From: an uncultured Clostridia bacterium
Lineage (GTDB): Bacteria; Bacillota; Clostridia; TANB77; CAG-508
DNA: 64,000 bases
Reading direction: 5' to 3'
Assembly (NCBI GenBank): GCA_944393565.1
Contig: CALYAM010000001.1
Location: forward strand, 58,204-122,203
Shown here: positions 1-10,079 of the stretch, piece by piece
Numbering within the stretch: the first letter of the stretch is position 1
How the letters are laid out: every line of letters begins with the position of its first letter
The notes under the pieces: generated by a model
Told to the model about the DNA's origin: nothing
What the model saw: the letters and a program-made list of their open reading frames with translations, nothing else
The model's database searches: none
Translations under genes and position numbers: made by a program

Positions 1-913
1 GAAACTATTAACAAATACTAATCGAAAAAGGGCAATAGCACTTGCTACAACAGCTGGAATAGCAATTACAACAGCAGGTATACTAACTAATCTTTTGAAA
101 GATAATGCTAATAATAAAAATGTTATCTCACAGATACAAGAAACAGACAATAACGTAATTGATGGTCTAACGATTAATAATATAAGCAAAGGCAATAAAT
201 TTATAACGGATTTAAAGCTGCTTTTTGGTGATGCTATACAAACCGCTCAGAAATTAGAGCAGGGAAATAAAAATGTTATAGAACAAATACCAGAGTACAG
301 TTTATTAAAAAAATATTCTTCTACGATGAATTCCAGTATTGAACAAGCAACAGGTGATGAAATTTTTTCAATAGAACAGTTTATAGAAAATTATGAGAAA
401 AAACCTTCGGGATCAATATCAGCAGGTGAAATAAGTTTTTTACAAGACCTAACTCTTGATCTTATGAAGATTAAGATTGCCAATGCTTATGCGATTACAG
501 ACTGGGAAAATATATTAATAACATATGAAGACAAAGGATTATGTATTGAGGTAAGAGTCAGAACTAATGAAATTCAGCAAGATGGTAGTACGGCTAAGAG
601 AGACTTAGAAACACCTGCATTTTATTATAACAAATTGTCTATAAATATGGAATTAATGCCATCAGATAACAAAGCTGTAGACAGAACATCACGTTTACCA
701 ATAGAAGACTGGGAAACATTTATGTCAATTATAGAAATGGACCCATATACATATTGGGCTACTTTAGAAGGAAAGTACACATTTGAAGAATACAACAAAG
801 GAGTTACTAAAAATATTGAGGAACTTGCTGGCTGGATACCACAAATAAATGAAAACATGAAAGCACATATGAAATTGCTTCTAAAAGACGAAGATGCTGG
901 TTTAGAAAGATAA
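1..913 (+). CDS. 3' part of a membrane-anchored protein. The ORF is open to the window edge; it has one TM helix and then a soluble domain of about 270 aa. Its position directly upstream of glmM is where cdaR/ybbR-like genes sit in Firmicutes, but no diagnostic motif was recognised.
   Basis: The reading frame is open from position 2 with no in-frame stop before the listed TTG at 95. A hydrophobic segment AIALATTAGIAITTAGILT lies near the window start. The assignment rests on gene-order context only. Confidence 0.4.
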   Translation, partial: KLLTNTNRKRAIALATTAGIAITTAGILTNLLKDNANNKNVISQIQETDNNVIDGLTINNISKGNKFITDLKLLFGDAIQTAQKLEQGNKNVIEQIPEYSLLKKYSSTMNSSIEQATGDEIFSIEQFIENYEKKPSGSISAGEISFLQDLTLDLMKIKIANAYAITDWENILITYEDKGLCIEVRVRTNEIQQDGSTAKRDLETPAFYYNKLSINMELMPSDNKAVDRTSRLPIEDWETFMSIIEMDPYTYWATLEGKYTFEEYNKGVTKNIEELAGWIPQINENMKAHMKLLLKDEDAGLER

Positions 914-967
914 TTGAAAAGTTAAGTTTTGTAGATTTTATAAAGTAATAAAATGCATACAAAACAC

Positions 968-996
968 TTGTCAAATTTAAAATATATAGATATAAT
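968..996 (+). promoter_or_regulatory. SigA-type promoter (TTGTCA, 17 bp spacer, TATAAT) upstream of glmM
   Basis: ttgtca at 968-973, a 17-nt spacer, tataat at 991-996; about 50 bp before the glmM RBS. Confidence 0.5.
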
Positions 997-1045
997 GTAA
1001 AAAACGAAGACTTTTTGTATATTTGGAGAGGAATAAAGATAAAGA

Positions 1046-2410
1046 ATGAGAAAATATTTTGGAACAGATGGAATTAGAAGGATTGCTAATACGGATTTAA
1101 CGCCGGAATTAGTATATAAAGTAGCAAAAGCAGGTGCATATGTGCTTTCAAAACATGCAAACCATACACCTACTATTTTAATAGGAAGAGATACACGCCT
1201 TTCTGGAACATTAATTGAAAGTGCTATGACTGCAGGTTTCTTAAGCTATGGAGCAAATGTTAAATTACTTGGGGTTATTCCAACACCAGCAGTTGCATAT
1301 TTGACAAAAAAATTGAATGCGGATGCAAGTGTTGTGATTTCCGCTTCGCACAATACTTTTGAGTTTAATGGGGTAAAATATTTTAGCAACAAAGGAATGA
1401 AAATTTCAGATGAGATAGAAGAAGAAATTGAGGAAATAATGGATTCAGGAAAAATAGATGAATTAATAGCTGTAAAAGATAAAATAGGCACATCAGAGAT
1501 AAGAGAAGATTTAATTGATGAATATGTATATTTCTTTCGAAAAAATTTTGACGAGGATATTGAATATAATTATAATCCGAATTTTGTTGTTGCACTAGAT
1601 GTTGCAAATGGTGCAACATATAAAGTGGCTGAAAAGGTATTTAAAACATTGGGGATTGCATATAAAATAATAAATAATCATCCAGATGGAGTAAATATAA
1701 ACCGAGACTGTGGTTCAACACATATAGATGGTCTAAAAAAATTTGTTACAGAAAACAAGTGTAATCTTGGAATTGCATATGATGGAGATGGCGATAGATG
1801 CCTTGCAGTAGATGAAAATGGAAATGAAATAGATGGAGATAAAATTTTAGCTATTTGTTCTGCTTATTTAAAAGAAAAGGGAAAGTTAAAAAATGACACT
1901 TTGGTTGCAACTGTTATGAGTAATTTGGGCTTAGTAAAATATTCACAAAAAAAAGGTATTACATTGAAACAAACAAAAGTAGGAGACCGTTATGTTTTAG
2001 AGGAAATGCTCAAAAATGATTATAACTTAGGAGGAGAACAATCTGGGCATATCATATTTTTAGACTATAATCCTACTGGAGATGGAATATTAACATCTCT
2101 TATGCTTATAAAAATTTTATTAGAAAAAAAGGTGACAGCATCAAAACTTTGTGATATTATTACACTATATCCACAGGTATTAATAAACGTAAAAGTAAAC
2201 AATGACAAAAAAGCATATTTAGAATCTAATTCAGAAATTCAAGATCTTATAAAGAGAACCGAAAAAGAATTTGCGGGGGATGGTAGAGTTTTAATTAGAC
2301 CATCTGGAACAGAGCCGGTTATACGTGTTATGATAGAAGGAAAGGACCAAGAAAAGATAGAGATTGCTGCTAAAGAAATAGCCAATATGATAGAAAAACA
2401 ATTAAGCTAA
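1046..2410 (+). CDS. glmM: Phosphoglucosamine mutase
   Basis: 454 aa. N-terminal YFGTDGIRR and active-site SASHNTFEFNGVKYF (phospho-Ser loop), with the length and motifs of GlmM. Confidence 0.9.
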   Translation: MRKYFGTDGIRRIANTDLTPELVYKVAKAGAYVLSKHANHTPTILIGRDTRLSGTLIESAMTAGFLSYGANVKLLGVIPTPAVAYLTKKLNADASVVISASHNTFEFNGVKYFSNKGMKISDEIEEEIEEIMDSGKIDELIAVKDKIGTSEIREDLIDEYVYFFRKNFDEDIEYNYNPNFVVALDVANGATYKVAEKVFKTLGIAYKIINNHPDGVNINRDCGSTHIDGLKKFVTENKCNLGIAYDGDGDRCLAVDENGNEIDGDKILAICSAYLKEKGKLKNDTLVATVMSNLGLVKYSQKKGITLKQTKVGDRYVLEEMLKNDYNLGGEQSGHIIFLDYNPTGDGILTSLMLIKILLEKKVTASKLCDIITLYPQVLINVKVNNDKKAYLESNSEIQDLIKRTEKEFAGDGRVLIRPSGTEPVIRVMIEGKDQEKIEIAAKEIANMIEKQLS

Positions 2411-2420
2411 GGGGGAAAAA

Positions 2421-3494
2421 ATGGAGGAAAATGCTAAGGAAGCAGTAGACATAAATGAACATGAAAAAGAAAAGCAGAAAATGGAACAGGCAAAGCAAGA
2501 ATTATATAATTTAAGAAAACAGTTAGAACAAATGGAGTTAACAAAAGACTTTAAAATAGTAAGTATCAGCAAATATAGTGAAATGAAACTAGCAAACAGT
2601 ATTACTGAAAAAAATGTTATTTTAATAGAGCAAAAAAATGAAGAAGAAGAAAGAACATTACTATATAAGCAATTAGAGAACAACGAACTTATGCTAATAG
2701 CCTCAATAAATGATAAAAAAGAAATTACTTTAGATGATGCATACAAAGAAAGATATAGAGGAATTTTGCCAGATAAAGAATTAGAAAACTTATATATACA
2801 AGATGAGAAAAAGACTAATGAACATAAAGTTGGAGAAATTGTTTTAGATAACAAACAAGACATTAAGCCTAATAGAAAAGAAAATTATATTTCAAGAAAT
2901 ATGTTTGGAATTGCAATGGCACTAGGAATTGATGAAAATCAAATTTTAAGTATTATTGAAGTAAAAGATGAAGAAACAATGTCAAAAGTTTTGAATAAAG
3001 ATATAGACAATAAGAATATTTTTATTGTAAAATTAAAACAAGATGATGGAAAAATAGGTGTAAATAACTATGTATTAATGCACCAAAGAACAGATGGAAC
3101 TTTTGAAGTTGCAAGTAAAACAGAAATGAAAGATACTTTAAAAGAAGTAACATATGGACTAGGATTAAAAGATAATATACAAGAACAAGAAATTATGGAA
3201 GGGGATTTAGATACAGTATCTAATCCTAACGATCCTAAAAAGTATGTAGAAATTAATAAATATCGTTTTAGAGATGGCAGTACATATATTTTAGAAGTAA
3301 ATAGAGATTATCAAGCAAATCTTCATATTTATAGAGAAAAAAACGGAAAGCTTCTTCCTCTTTGCATAGAAGAACATGGGCAACATGATAAAGAAAAACT
3401 AGAATTACCTGGTAGAGATGCTATTGTAGATGAAGAACATGAAGAGGAATATGAAAGAACACCATGGAATGACGCAGAAAAAAGAAGACATTGA
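2421..3494 (+). CDS. Hypothetical acidic coiled-coil protein, 357 aa
   Basis: Long ORF with a start 11 nt after the glmM stop and a GGGGGA RBS; K/E-rich; no recognisable domain. Confidence 0.5.
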   Translation: MEENAKEAVDINEHEKEKQKMEQAKQELYNLRKQLEQMELTKDFKIVSISKYSEMKLANSITEKNVILIEQKNEEEERTLLYKQLENNELMLIASINDKKEITLDDAYKERYRGILPDKELENLYIQDEKKTNEHKVGEIVLDNKQDIKPNRKENYISRNMFGIAMALGIDENQILSIIEVKDEETMSKVLNKDIDNKNIFIVKLKQDDGKIGVNNYVLMHQRTDGTFEVASKTEMKDTLKEVTYGLGLKDNIQEQEIMEGDLDTVSNPNDPKKYVEINKYRFRDGSTYILEVNRDYQANLHIYREKNGKLLPLCIEEHGQHDKEKLELPGRDAIVDEEHEEEYERTPWNDAEKRRH

Positions 3495-3542
3495 TTTTAA
3501 ATTTAAAAATTATATATATATTAAAACAAAGGAGGAAAAAAT

Positions 3543-3881
3543 ATGTTTATTTTTAACATCGCAAACCCAATTACATTAATATTAATGCTTGCTATTACAT
3601 TGATATTAATTTTTCTAGGAAAGGAAACTAAAAAAGGATACATTACATCAGTATCACTATTTATTTATCTTGTATTGTTAATTTGGCATGTTTCACAATT
3701 ATTAACTCTAACGCCAGAGCTATTTGAATTCAAATCAACATTAACAAATTGTCTAGCAATTGATTTCACAATGATATTATTATCTTTTCTTTCATATTTA
3801 TGGGTAGACGATTTAGAAAGTAAAACTGGAAAAAAGAAAAGTATTGACGGAGGCTTGGACTGGTTTTGGAGTAAAGTATAA
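3543..3881 (+). CDS. Small membrane protein, 112 aa, about 3 TM helices
   Basis: AGGAGG RBS. Hydrophobic helices. Followed directly by a strong terminator. Confidence 0.45.
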   Translation: MFIFNIANPITLILMLAITLILIFLGKETKKGYITSVSLFIYLVLLIWHVSQLLTLTPELFEFKSTLTNCLAIDFTMILLSFLSYLWVDDLESKTGKKKSIDGGLDWFWSKV

Positions 3882-3900
3882 AAAAATAACAACAGCTATA

Positions 3901-3936
3901 CCCTAGAATAACAAGTATTATTCTAGGGCGTTTTTA
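3901..3936 (+). terminator. Rho-independent terminator (10-bp perfect stem ccctagaata/tattctaggg followed by a T-run)
   Basis: Perfect inverted repeat followed by cgttttta. Confidence 0.7.
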
Positions 3937-3965
3937 AGATAATATATTTCATGTTGGAGGCTAAA

Positions 3966-4640
3966 ATGAATGGTAAGTTATTTGTAATAGATGGAACAGA
4001 TGGAAGCGGTAAACAAACACAATTTAACAAATTAGTAGAGCATTTAGAAAAAGAAAATATACCTTTTAAAAAACTCTCTTTTCCAAGATATGATAATCCA
4101 TCATCCAGTTTAGTAAAGATGTACTTAGCAGGAGAATTTGGAAAAAATGCAAAGGACATAAGCCCATATGTTGCTTCTACTTTTTTTGCAGTAGATCGAT
4201 ATGCAGCATATAAACAAGATTTTGAGCAGTATTATAAAAAAGGAGGATTGGTTTTAGCAGATAGATATACAACAGCTAATATGGTACACCAAGCAGGAAA
4301 AATATATAATAAAAAGGAAAGAGATAAATTTTTAAATTGGCTTTGTGATTTTGAATACAACATTTTTGGAATACCTAAGCCAACAGAGACTTTCTTCTTA
4401 AATATGCCACCGGATTATGCAACAAAACTAATAGAAAATAGAGAAAATAAAATTACACATAAAATAGAAAAAGACATTCATGAAAAAGACAAGAAACATA
4501 TTGTTGATAGTTACAATGCTGCTTGTGATTTAGCTTTAAAGTACAATTGGTTTGAAATAAAATGTGTTAAAGATGGAAGCATAAGGACAATTGATGATAT
4601 TCATAATGAAATTTTTGAAGAAATAAAAAAACATATTTGA
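3966..4640 (+). CDS. dTMP kinase family protein (thymidylate kinase-like)
   Basis: P-loop FVIDGTDGSGKQTQ and the DRY..S..AYQ-like lid LVLADRYTTANMVHQAG. GGAGG RBS before ATG 3966 (the ORF track starts 5 codons earlier). Confidence 0.55.
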   Translation: MNGKLFVIDGTDGSGKQTQFNKLVEHLEKENIPFKKLSFPRYDNPSSSLVKMYLAGEFGKNAKDISPYVASTFFAVDRYAAYKQDFEQYYKKGGLVLADRYTTANMVHQAGKIYNKKERDKFLNWLCDFEYNIFGIPKPTETFFLNMPPDYATKLIENRENKITHKIEKDIHEKDKKHIVDSYNAACDLALKYNWFEIKCVKDGSIRTIDDIHNEIFEEIKKHI

Positions 4641-4664
4641 CATTTGAGAAGGAGGTGTTTTTGC

Positions 4665-4892
4665 ATGTATGTTGTAGGAATTAGTGTAGAAAAAAGAAAA
4701 GAAGCAATTCCTGAAGTACAAAATGTATTAACTAGATTTGGAGATAAAATTACAACAAGGCTAGGAATACATGATGATACAAATGAAAGTAAGGGTATAA
4801 TTATTACAACTTACAAAGCAGATGATATAGGTGATTTTATTGAAAAGCTAAATTCAATTGATGCAGTTGAGGCAAGCTTTATGAAGATTTAA
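4665..4892 (+). CDS. Small hypothetical protein, about 75 aa
   Basis: GAAGGAGGTG RBS at 4648-4657 followed by ATG 4665 (MYVVGISVEKR...). No confident family assignment. Confidence 0.4.
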   Translation: MYVVGISVEKRKEAIPEVQNVLTRFGDKITTRLGIHDDTNESKGIIITTYKADDIGDFIEKLNSIDAVEASFMKI

Positions 4893-5009
4893 AATAAAAC
4901 AGTTCTAACATTTATTAAAAAAATAATTGCCAAGAAAAATTGTGTATCAATATTTATTTTCTTGTCAATTATTTTTTTATGAAACCATATCTTAAAATAA
5001 AAAAGCTAG

Positions 5010-6677
5010 TTATTGTTTATGATTATTGTTTTGTAATTTTGATAAATTACCATGCCGGGGTTTACTACCAGAAGGTTTTTTTACATTTTTTACAGGGCAA
5101 TAATCCACAGGAACGTTAGTGGAATTTTTTGCTTTGCTGTTTTGCACAGCAAAATTTGCACATTTGAGAATGATTTTTTCTGTAATAGGTTTTCCATTTG
5201 ACTTTAAAACAACATGGCAACCTTGTGTGTTTTGCACATGGAACCAAATATCTTGCCTATTTGCAATTTTGAATGTGAGAAAATCATTTTGCTTATTATT
5301 TTTCCCTACTAAAACAGTATACCCATCTATATTAAATTCAATAGGAAAAGATTGACTTTCACTTTTTTTATTTTTCTCATTCTTTTTCGTGTTTAAAAGG
5401 CCACTTTCATTTATTTCAGAAGATATACCTTCAAGATCATCAATATCAGAACTGTTTTCTATTGAAAATAAAATGCTTTGTATGTATTCTAATTCAATTT
5501 CAGTTTCTCTTTTTTGGATGGTTACAACCTTTAAAGTGTTTTTCAATTTATTGTATTTCTTAAAATATTTTTCAGCATTTTTGCTAATAGAAAAGCGTTT
5601 ATCTAATGGTATACAAATTTCTTTTTGGTTGTCGTAATAATTTTGAACAATAATTTCATTTAAAATTAAATGAGGCTTATATCTAAAAAGATTAGCTGTT
5701 ATAAGTTCACCATATATGCGGTATTTTTCAATGTTTTCACATTCTTTTAATTTTAGATTAATATTTTCTAAACGTTTTAAGTATTTTTTTAATTGAGAAG
5801 ATATTATACCTAATAGTTGCTTTTTTTTATTTAAGAAATTGTTTTCTATTTCTTTGTTATGATAATAATTATCTAAAAAGAAGTTAACGTCTAATGCATT
5901 TTTCTCACAAGGAAAAATCATATAATCCTTTTTGTCTTTTGTGAGTTTTAATGATAAGTTTGGTATATTATTAATTATGTTTTTTATTAAATTAAATGCA
6001 TTAATTATTTCAATGTCTGAAAGAATATTAACAGGAGTAGTAGCATTTGGAAGCAAATTTTGGCAAAAACTTCTACTTATTCCAATGAAATTTTCAGATA
6101 GTACTTTATCAAAAGAAACTAAAGCTTCTTTTGGAATGTATTTTAAAAATTCACTACCATTTTTTATTTTTAAAATTGAGTGTTTTTTATTTGAAGGAAT
6201 CTTATATTGCCTAGCTGGTATAATTTCAAGAGAATTGTTTGAAACATGTCGTAATGCATCTATAATGGTATTTTGGCTGTTTGTTAATATAACATTACTG
6301 TGGCTTGCCATTGTTTCTACAAAGATTTTTTTTACGACAATATCTTTTAATTCATTGTATGATTCGAAAACAATTTCTATAACACGTTCTAAGTCAAATG
6401 TATTAATGGCAACTATTTTGGCATTCATTAAGTGCTTGCGAAGCAACATACAGAAGTTTGGTGCTTGAAGAGGGTTTGGTTTATTGTAAGTTGTTAAATG
6501 AAAGCGTGCTATTTCCGGCTGGATGTTGATAAGAAAAGAATAACTTTTACCATGATTATAAAGACCAAAAATTATATCACTTCTAGAAGGCTCAAAAATT
6601 TTATTAACCTTGGCTCCAATGATTTCACTATTAAGTTCATTAACAACACAATTTAAAACGATACCATCAAATGCCAT
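5010..6677 (-). CDS. rqcH: Ribosome quality-control factor RqcH (FbpA/NFACT family fibronectin-binding protein homologue)
   Basis: N-terminus MAFDGIVLNCVVNELN (NFACT-N). C-terminal DUF814/NFACT-R-like region DIWFHVQNTQGCHVVLKS. About 555 aa, as for YloA/RqcH. GGAGG RBS before the ATG at 6677. Confidence 0.7.
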   Translation of the reverse strand: MAFDGIVLNCVVNELNSEIIGAKVNKIFEPSRSDIIFGLYNHGKSYSFLINIQPEIARFHLTTYNKPNPLQAPNFCMLLRKHLMNAKIVAINTFDLERVIEIVFESYNELKDIVVKKIFVETMASHSNVILTNSQNTIIDALRHVSNNSLEIIPARQYKIPSNKKHSILKIKNGSEFLKYIPKEALVSFDKVLSENFIGISRSFCQNLLPNATTPVNILSDIEIINAFNLIKNIINNIPNLSLKLTKDKKDYMIFPCEKNALDVNFFLDNYYHNKEIENNFLNKKKQLLGIISSQLKKYLKRLENINLKLKECENIEKYRIYGELITANLFRYKPHLILNEIIVQNYYDNQKEICIPLDKRFSISKNAEKYFKKYNKLKNTLKVVTIQKRETEIELEYIQSILFSIENSSDIDDLEGISSEINESGLLNTKKNEKNKKSESQSFPIEFNIDGYTVLVGKNNKQNDFLTFKIANRQDIWFHVQNTQGCHVVLKSNGKPITEKIILKCANFAVQNSKAKNSTNVPVDYCPVKNVKKPSGSKPRHGNLSKLQNNNHKQ

Positions 6678-6757
6678 AAATACCTCCAATCATTTTAAAA
6701 TATTGTAAGAGAAACATGCAAAAAAGTCAAGCATGCAAAAAGTGTTATACAAAAAAC

Positions 6758-6786
6758 TTGACATAACAGCTTTTAATGCTTATAAT
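6758..6786 (+). promoter_or_regulatory. SigA-type promoter (TTGACA, 17 bp spacer, TATAAT) upstream of sigH
   Basis: ttgaca at 6758-6763, a 17-nt spacer, tataat at 6781-6786. Confidence 0.55.
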
Positions 6787-6818
6787 ACCAATAGTATTAA
6801 AATACATCAGGAGGTAAC

Positions 6819-7478
6819 ATGCAATTAATGGAAAAAGATGATAATTTTTATCCTTGTGAAGTTAAACTAAAAGATAAATCAGATGAGGAATTGATTCGCT
6901 TAGTAAAAAGTGGAAATAAGGATGCATTAGAATATTTATTAAAAAGATATAAAGAACTTGTGACAATGAAAATAAGTAAGTATTATATTGTTGGAGCAGA
7001 AAAAGAAGATATTTTTCAAGAGGGAATGATTGGGCTTTTTAAAGCTATTCAGAGCTTTAACTTGGAAAAACAAAATTCATTTAAATCATTTGCAAATCTT
7101 TGTGTTGAAAGACAGTTAATTACAGCTATAAAAACATCAAACAGGCAGAAACACCAACCTCTTAATTCATATGTTTCATTAAATACATCTGCATATGATG
7201 AAGATGAAGACACTTCTGTAATGGATGTCTTAGACTCTAACACTATAGAAGATCCTTTAGATACAATTACTAAAAGAGAATATTATCGTTTGGTAGAAGA
7301 AAAAATAAACACGAGCTTAAGTGACTTTGAAAAACAGGTATTGCATTGTTACGCAAATGGTGAAAGTTATAATAAAATAGCTGAAAAATTAAATTCTTCC
7401 GCAAAATCAATAGATAATGCGATCCAAAGGATACGAAAGAAGGCTACTAAGAGTATTATGGAAGACGAGATGATTTAA
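6819..7478 (+). CDS. sigH: RNA polymerase sporulation sigma factor SigH
   Basis: Strong similarity to the remembered B. subtilis SigH sequence (EDIFQEGMIGLFKAIQSF, RQLITAIKTSNRQKHQPLNSY, SIDNAIQRIRKK). 219 aa. Confidence 0.85.
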   Translation: MQLMEKDDNFYPCEVKLKDKSDEELIRLVKSGNKDALEYLLKRYKELVTMKISKYYIVGAEKEDIFQEGMIGLFKAIQSFNLEKQNSFKSFANLCVERQLITAIKTSNRQKHQPLNSYVSLNTSAYDEDEDTSVMDVLDSNTIEDPLDTITKREYYRLVEEKINTSLSDFEKQVLHCYANGESYNKIAEKLNSSAKSIDNAIQRIRKKATKSIMEDEMI

Positions 7479-7485
7479 AATTTAT

Positions 7486-7561
7486 GCTTCTATAGCTCAG
7501 TAGGTAGAGCGCAGCCATGGTAAGGCTGAGGTCGCGAGTTCGATTCTCGCTGGAAGCTCCA
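7486..7561 (+). tRNA. tRNA-Thr (anticodon GGT)
   Basis: Cloverleaf folded by hand: acceptor gcttcta/tggaagc, anticodon loop atGGTaa, T-arm gcgag-ttcgatt-ctcgc, encoded CCA. Confidence 0.8.
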
Positions 7562-7563
7562 TT

Positions 7564-7585
7564 TTATAACAACTTACGAACTATA
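7564..7585 (+). repeat. 22-bp motif ttataacaacttacgaactata immediately 3' of tRNA-Thr; an identical copy lies 3' of tRNA-Gly at 36804-36825
   Basis: Exact 22/22 match read directly from the sequence at both sites. Confidence 0.8.
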
Positions 7586-7596
7586 AGTTATGTAGG

Positions 7597-7625
7597 TTGC
7601 TTTTTTTAAAAGTATTGTGTATAAT
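7597..7625 (+). promoter_or_regulatory. SigA-type promoter with extended -10 (TTGCTT, 17 bp spacer, TGTGTATAAT) upstream of ychF
   Basis: ttgctt at 7597-7602; tgn-tataat at 7620-7625. Confidence 0.5.
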
Positions 7626-7651
7626 AAACAAATATTTAAATGCTATGCTGT

Positions 7652-8761
7652 ATGAAAGAAGTGATAAAGTTGAAAATAGGAATAGTTGGTTTACCAAATG
7701 TAGGGAAAAGTACATTATTTAATGCAATAACTAATGCAGGCGCAGAATGTGCAAACTATCCATTTTGTACAATTGAACCTAATGTAGGGGTTGTTCCAGT
7801 GCCAGATGAAAGACTAGAAGTATTATCTAAATTATATCATTCAGAGAAAACAACGCATGCTATTGTTGAATTTGTTGATATTGCAGGACTTGTAAAAGGA
7901 GCAAGCAAGGGGGAAGGACTTGGGAATAAATTTTTATCACATATAAGAGAAGTAGATGCAATATGCGAGGTTGTAAGATGCTTTGATGACCCAAATGTTG
8001 TGCATGTAGATGGTGGAGTTGATCCTGCTCGCGACATAAATACAATTAATTTAGAACTGATATTGGCAGATTTGGAGACGATTGAAAAGAGAATTGACAG
8101 AACAAAAAAAATGATAAAGGCAGATAAAAAATATGAAGAAGAATTAAAAGTATTAGAAAAAATTAAAAAAAATTTAGACGAAGAAAAACCAGCAAGAAGT
8201 GTAAATTTATCAGACGAAGAAAAAGAACTAGTTAAAGAAGTCATGCTTCTTACTGCAAAGCCAATTTTATATATTGCAAATGTTTCAGAAGAACAAATGG
8301 ACCAAGTAGAAAATAATAGCAATGTAAAAAAAGTTAAGGAAATAGCTACAACGGAAGATGCTGAAGTGATTACTCTTTGTGTAAAAATTGAAGAAGAGCT
8401 AACAGCATTAGATGAAAACGATAAAAAAGAAATGCTCAAAGAACTTGGACTTAATGAATCAGGTCTTGATAAGGTAATAAAGGCAAGCTATAAGCTATTA
8501 GGACTTATGTCATTTTTAACAGCTGGTGAGCCTGAAGTAAGAGCTTGGACTATAAAAATAGGTACAAAAGCACCAGATGCAGCGGGAAAAATACATTCAG
8601 ATATTCAAAGAGGATTTATACGAGCAGAAATAGTATCATATGATGATTTAATAAGAGAGGGCTCTATGAATGCAGCTAGAGAAAAAGGGTTGCTACGTTC
8701 TGAGGGAAAAGACTATGTAATGCAAGAAGGAGATATTGTTTTGTTTAAGTTTAATGTGTAA
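7652..8761 (+). CDS. ychF: Ribosome-binding ATPase YchF (Obg-family GTPase)
   Basis: KIGIVGLPNVGKSTLFNAIT G1 motif and a TGS C-terminal domain. About 369 aa from ATG 7652. Confidence 0.9.
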   Translation: MKEVIKLKIGIVGLPNVGKSTLFNAITNAGAECANYPFCTIEPNVGVVPVPDERLEVLSKLYHSEKTTHAIVEFVDIAGLVKGASKGEGLGNKFLSHIREVDAICEVVRCFDDPNVVHVDGGVDPARDINTINLELILADLETIEKRIDRTKKMIKADKKYEEELKVLEKIKKNLDEEKPARSVNLSDEEKELVKEVMLLTAKPILYIANVSEEQMDQVENNSNVKKVKEIATTEDAEVITLCVKIEEELTALDENDKKEMLKELGLNESGLDKVIKASYKLLGLMSFLTAGEPEVRAWTIKIGTKAPDAAGKIHSDIQRGFIRAEIVSYDDLIREGSMNAAREKGLLRSEGKDYVMQEGDIVLFKFNV

Positions 8762-8894
8762 ATAAATTGTAATATATTTGTAATGTAAAAAACGCAAATT
8801 ACTATTGCAATTAGTTTTATTTTGTAGTATAAATATTAATGTATTATATATACTAAAGATAAGTATATAGTTTGAAAAGTAAAGGAGAATTATT

Positions 8895-9260
8895 ATGAAG
8901 GAATTAAAAAAAGTAGTAGTAACATTATTAATTGCATTATTAATAATAGGAGTATCAAGTATTGCTTTAGCTACTGATGATGGAAATGTAACGATTATAG
9001 AAGATGAAGCAGCAAACAATTCAACAGGCAACATAAATAGTGCAGCAAATAATACAAATAGAAATAATATTTTAAATACAAATACTAATACAAACAGAAA
9101 TACAACAAATACAAACAGTTCAAATAGTAGCAAATATAATAATACTGATTTACCAAAGGCAGGAAGCACAGATAGCATGACAATAGTTTTTGTAATTGCC
9201 ATATTTGGAATATCTGCTCTTTATGCTTACAAAAAAATAAAGGATTATAATTTAAAATAG
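8895..9260 (+). CDS. Small surface protein with a sortase-type sorting signal. It has a signal peptide, an Asn/Thr-rich low-complexity region, the motif LPKAG, a TM helix and a KKIK tail.
   Basis: C-terminus DLPKAGSTDSMTIVFVIAIFGISALYAYKKIKDYNLK has the tripartite cell-wall sorting architecture with Ala in place of Thr at position 4. Confidence 0.5.
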   Translation: MKELKKVVVTLLIALLIIGVSSIALATDDGNVTIIEDEAANNSTGNINSAANNTNRNNILNTNTNTNRNTTNTNSSNSSKYNNTDLPKAGSTDSMTIVFVIAIFGISALYAYKKIKDYNLK

Positions 9261-9274
9261 AAAATAAAATTATA

Positions 9275-9306
9275 AAAATGTACGCCAATTAGGTGTACAT
9301 TTTTAT
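9275..9306. terminator. Bidirectional rho-independent terminator (9-bp stem aaaatgtac/gtacatttt) between convergent genes
   Basis: Perfect inverted repeat flanked by A-runs and T-runs. Confidence 0.65.
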
Positions 9307-9322
9307 TGTAAGATGTAAAGCC

Positions 9323-9959
9323 CTAAGATGTCTTATTAATTTCTATGGCCTTTATAATAATTCTATTGCCATTAAAGTTATTGCATGTAACTAAAGTGAT
9401 TTCTTTCATTCCGTTAGTTTCTTGATTTGTACAACTTATATCTTTTTGATCTATTTCATATTTCTTATAAATTTCATATTCAATTATATTATTGTAATTA
9501 TCTGTAAAAAAAATTTTATCGCCAATGCAAAGCTTTGGAATATTACTAAAAAATTCTCCATTATTATAATTATGCCCGAGCAATACACATGTTTCCTGCC
9601 TCATTTGGAAATGGACCATAAAATTTGCAGATGGAAACCTTTAAAAGATTCTCATTTATGGTTGAATAAACAGGTTGTACAAGAGAAATTGATGGTATTT
9701 CTAAAGTGCCTATTACAAATGGAGACAATTTCTTATCCTCAATATTTATGGTGTTTGAAAGACTATACAACTTTTCTAATGAATATGATTGCATAATTGC
9801 ATTAGATATTTTATTTCTTTTTTCGTTATTGTATGCCAAATAAGGTAAATAAAAAAGTGATGAAAAAATAACTAATAAAGATATAACAAGCAAAATATGA
9901 AAGAAATTCTTACTGTTTTTTTTTGGTATAGCTAAAATTTGGTTCATATAATCCTCCAT
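9323..9959 (-). pseudogene. Sortase gene interrupted by a frameshift near 9600. The N-terminal TM plus beta-barrel start lies in one frame; the GHNY...TLVTC catalytic part lies in another.
   Basis: The N-terminal ORF (9570-9959) aligns to the sortase at 35155 (IGTLEIPSISL / GEIEIPKINI). The C-terminal ORF (9323-9619) carries LLGHNYNNGEFFSNIPKL and the catalytic Cys motif TLVTC. The two overlap in different frames around EAGN. Confidence 0.55.
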
Positions 9960-10079
9960 ATATGTATTTTAAACTGAAACAAATATAAATATTCAAAAAA
10001 GTATAAGTTAGCTTTGCAAAATGTTGAATGAAAAAATCCTTTATGATATACTCTAAAAGTAAAAATTAAGGAGGAAATT

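Noticed and set aside
7837-8439. Antisense ORFs of 200 aa and 61 aa inside ychF
   Set aside because: They lie opposite a strongly conserved gene and have low-complexity Ser-rich translations, typical of antisense artefacts in AT-rich DNA. The same applies to 2402-2863, 5932-6468, 46262-46771, 57416-57880 and similar.
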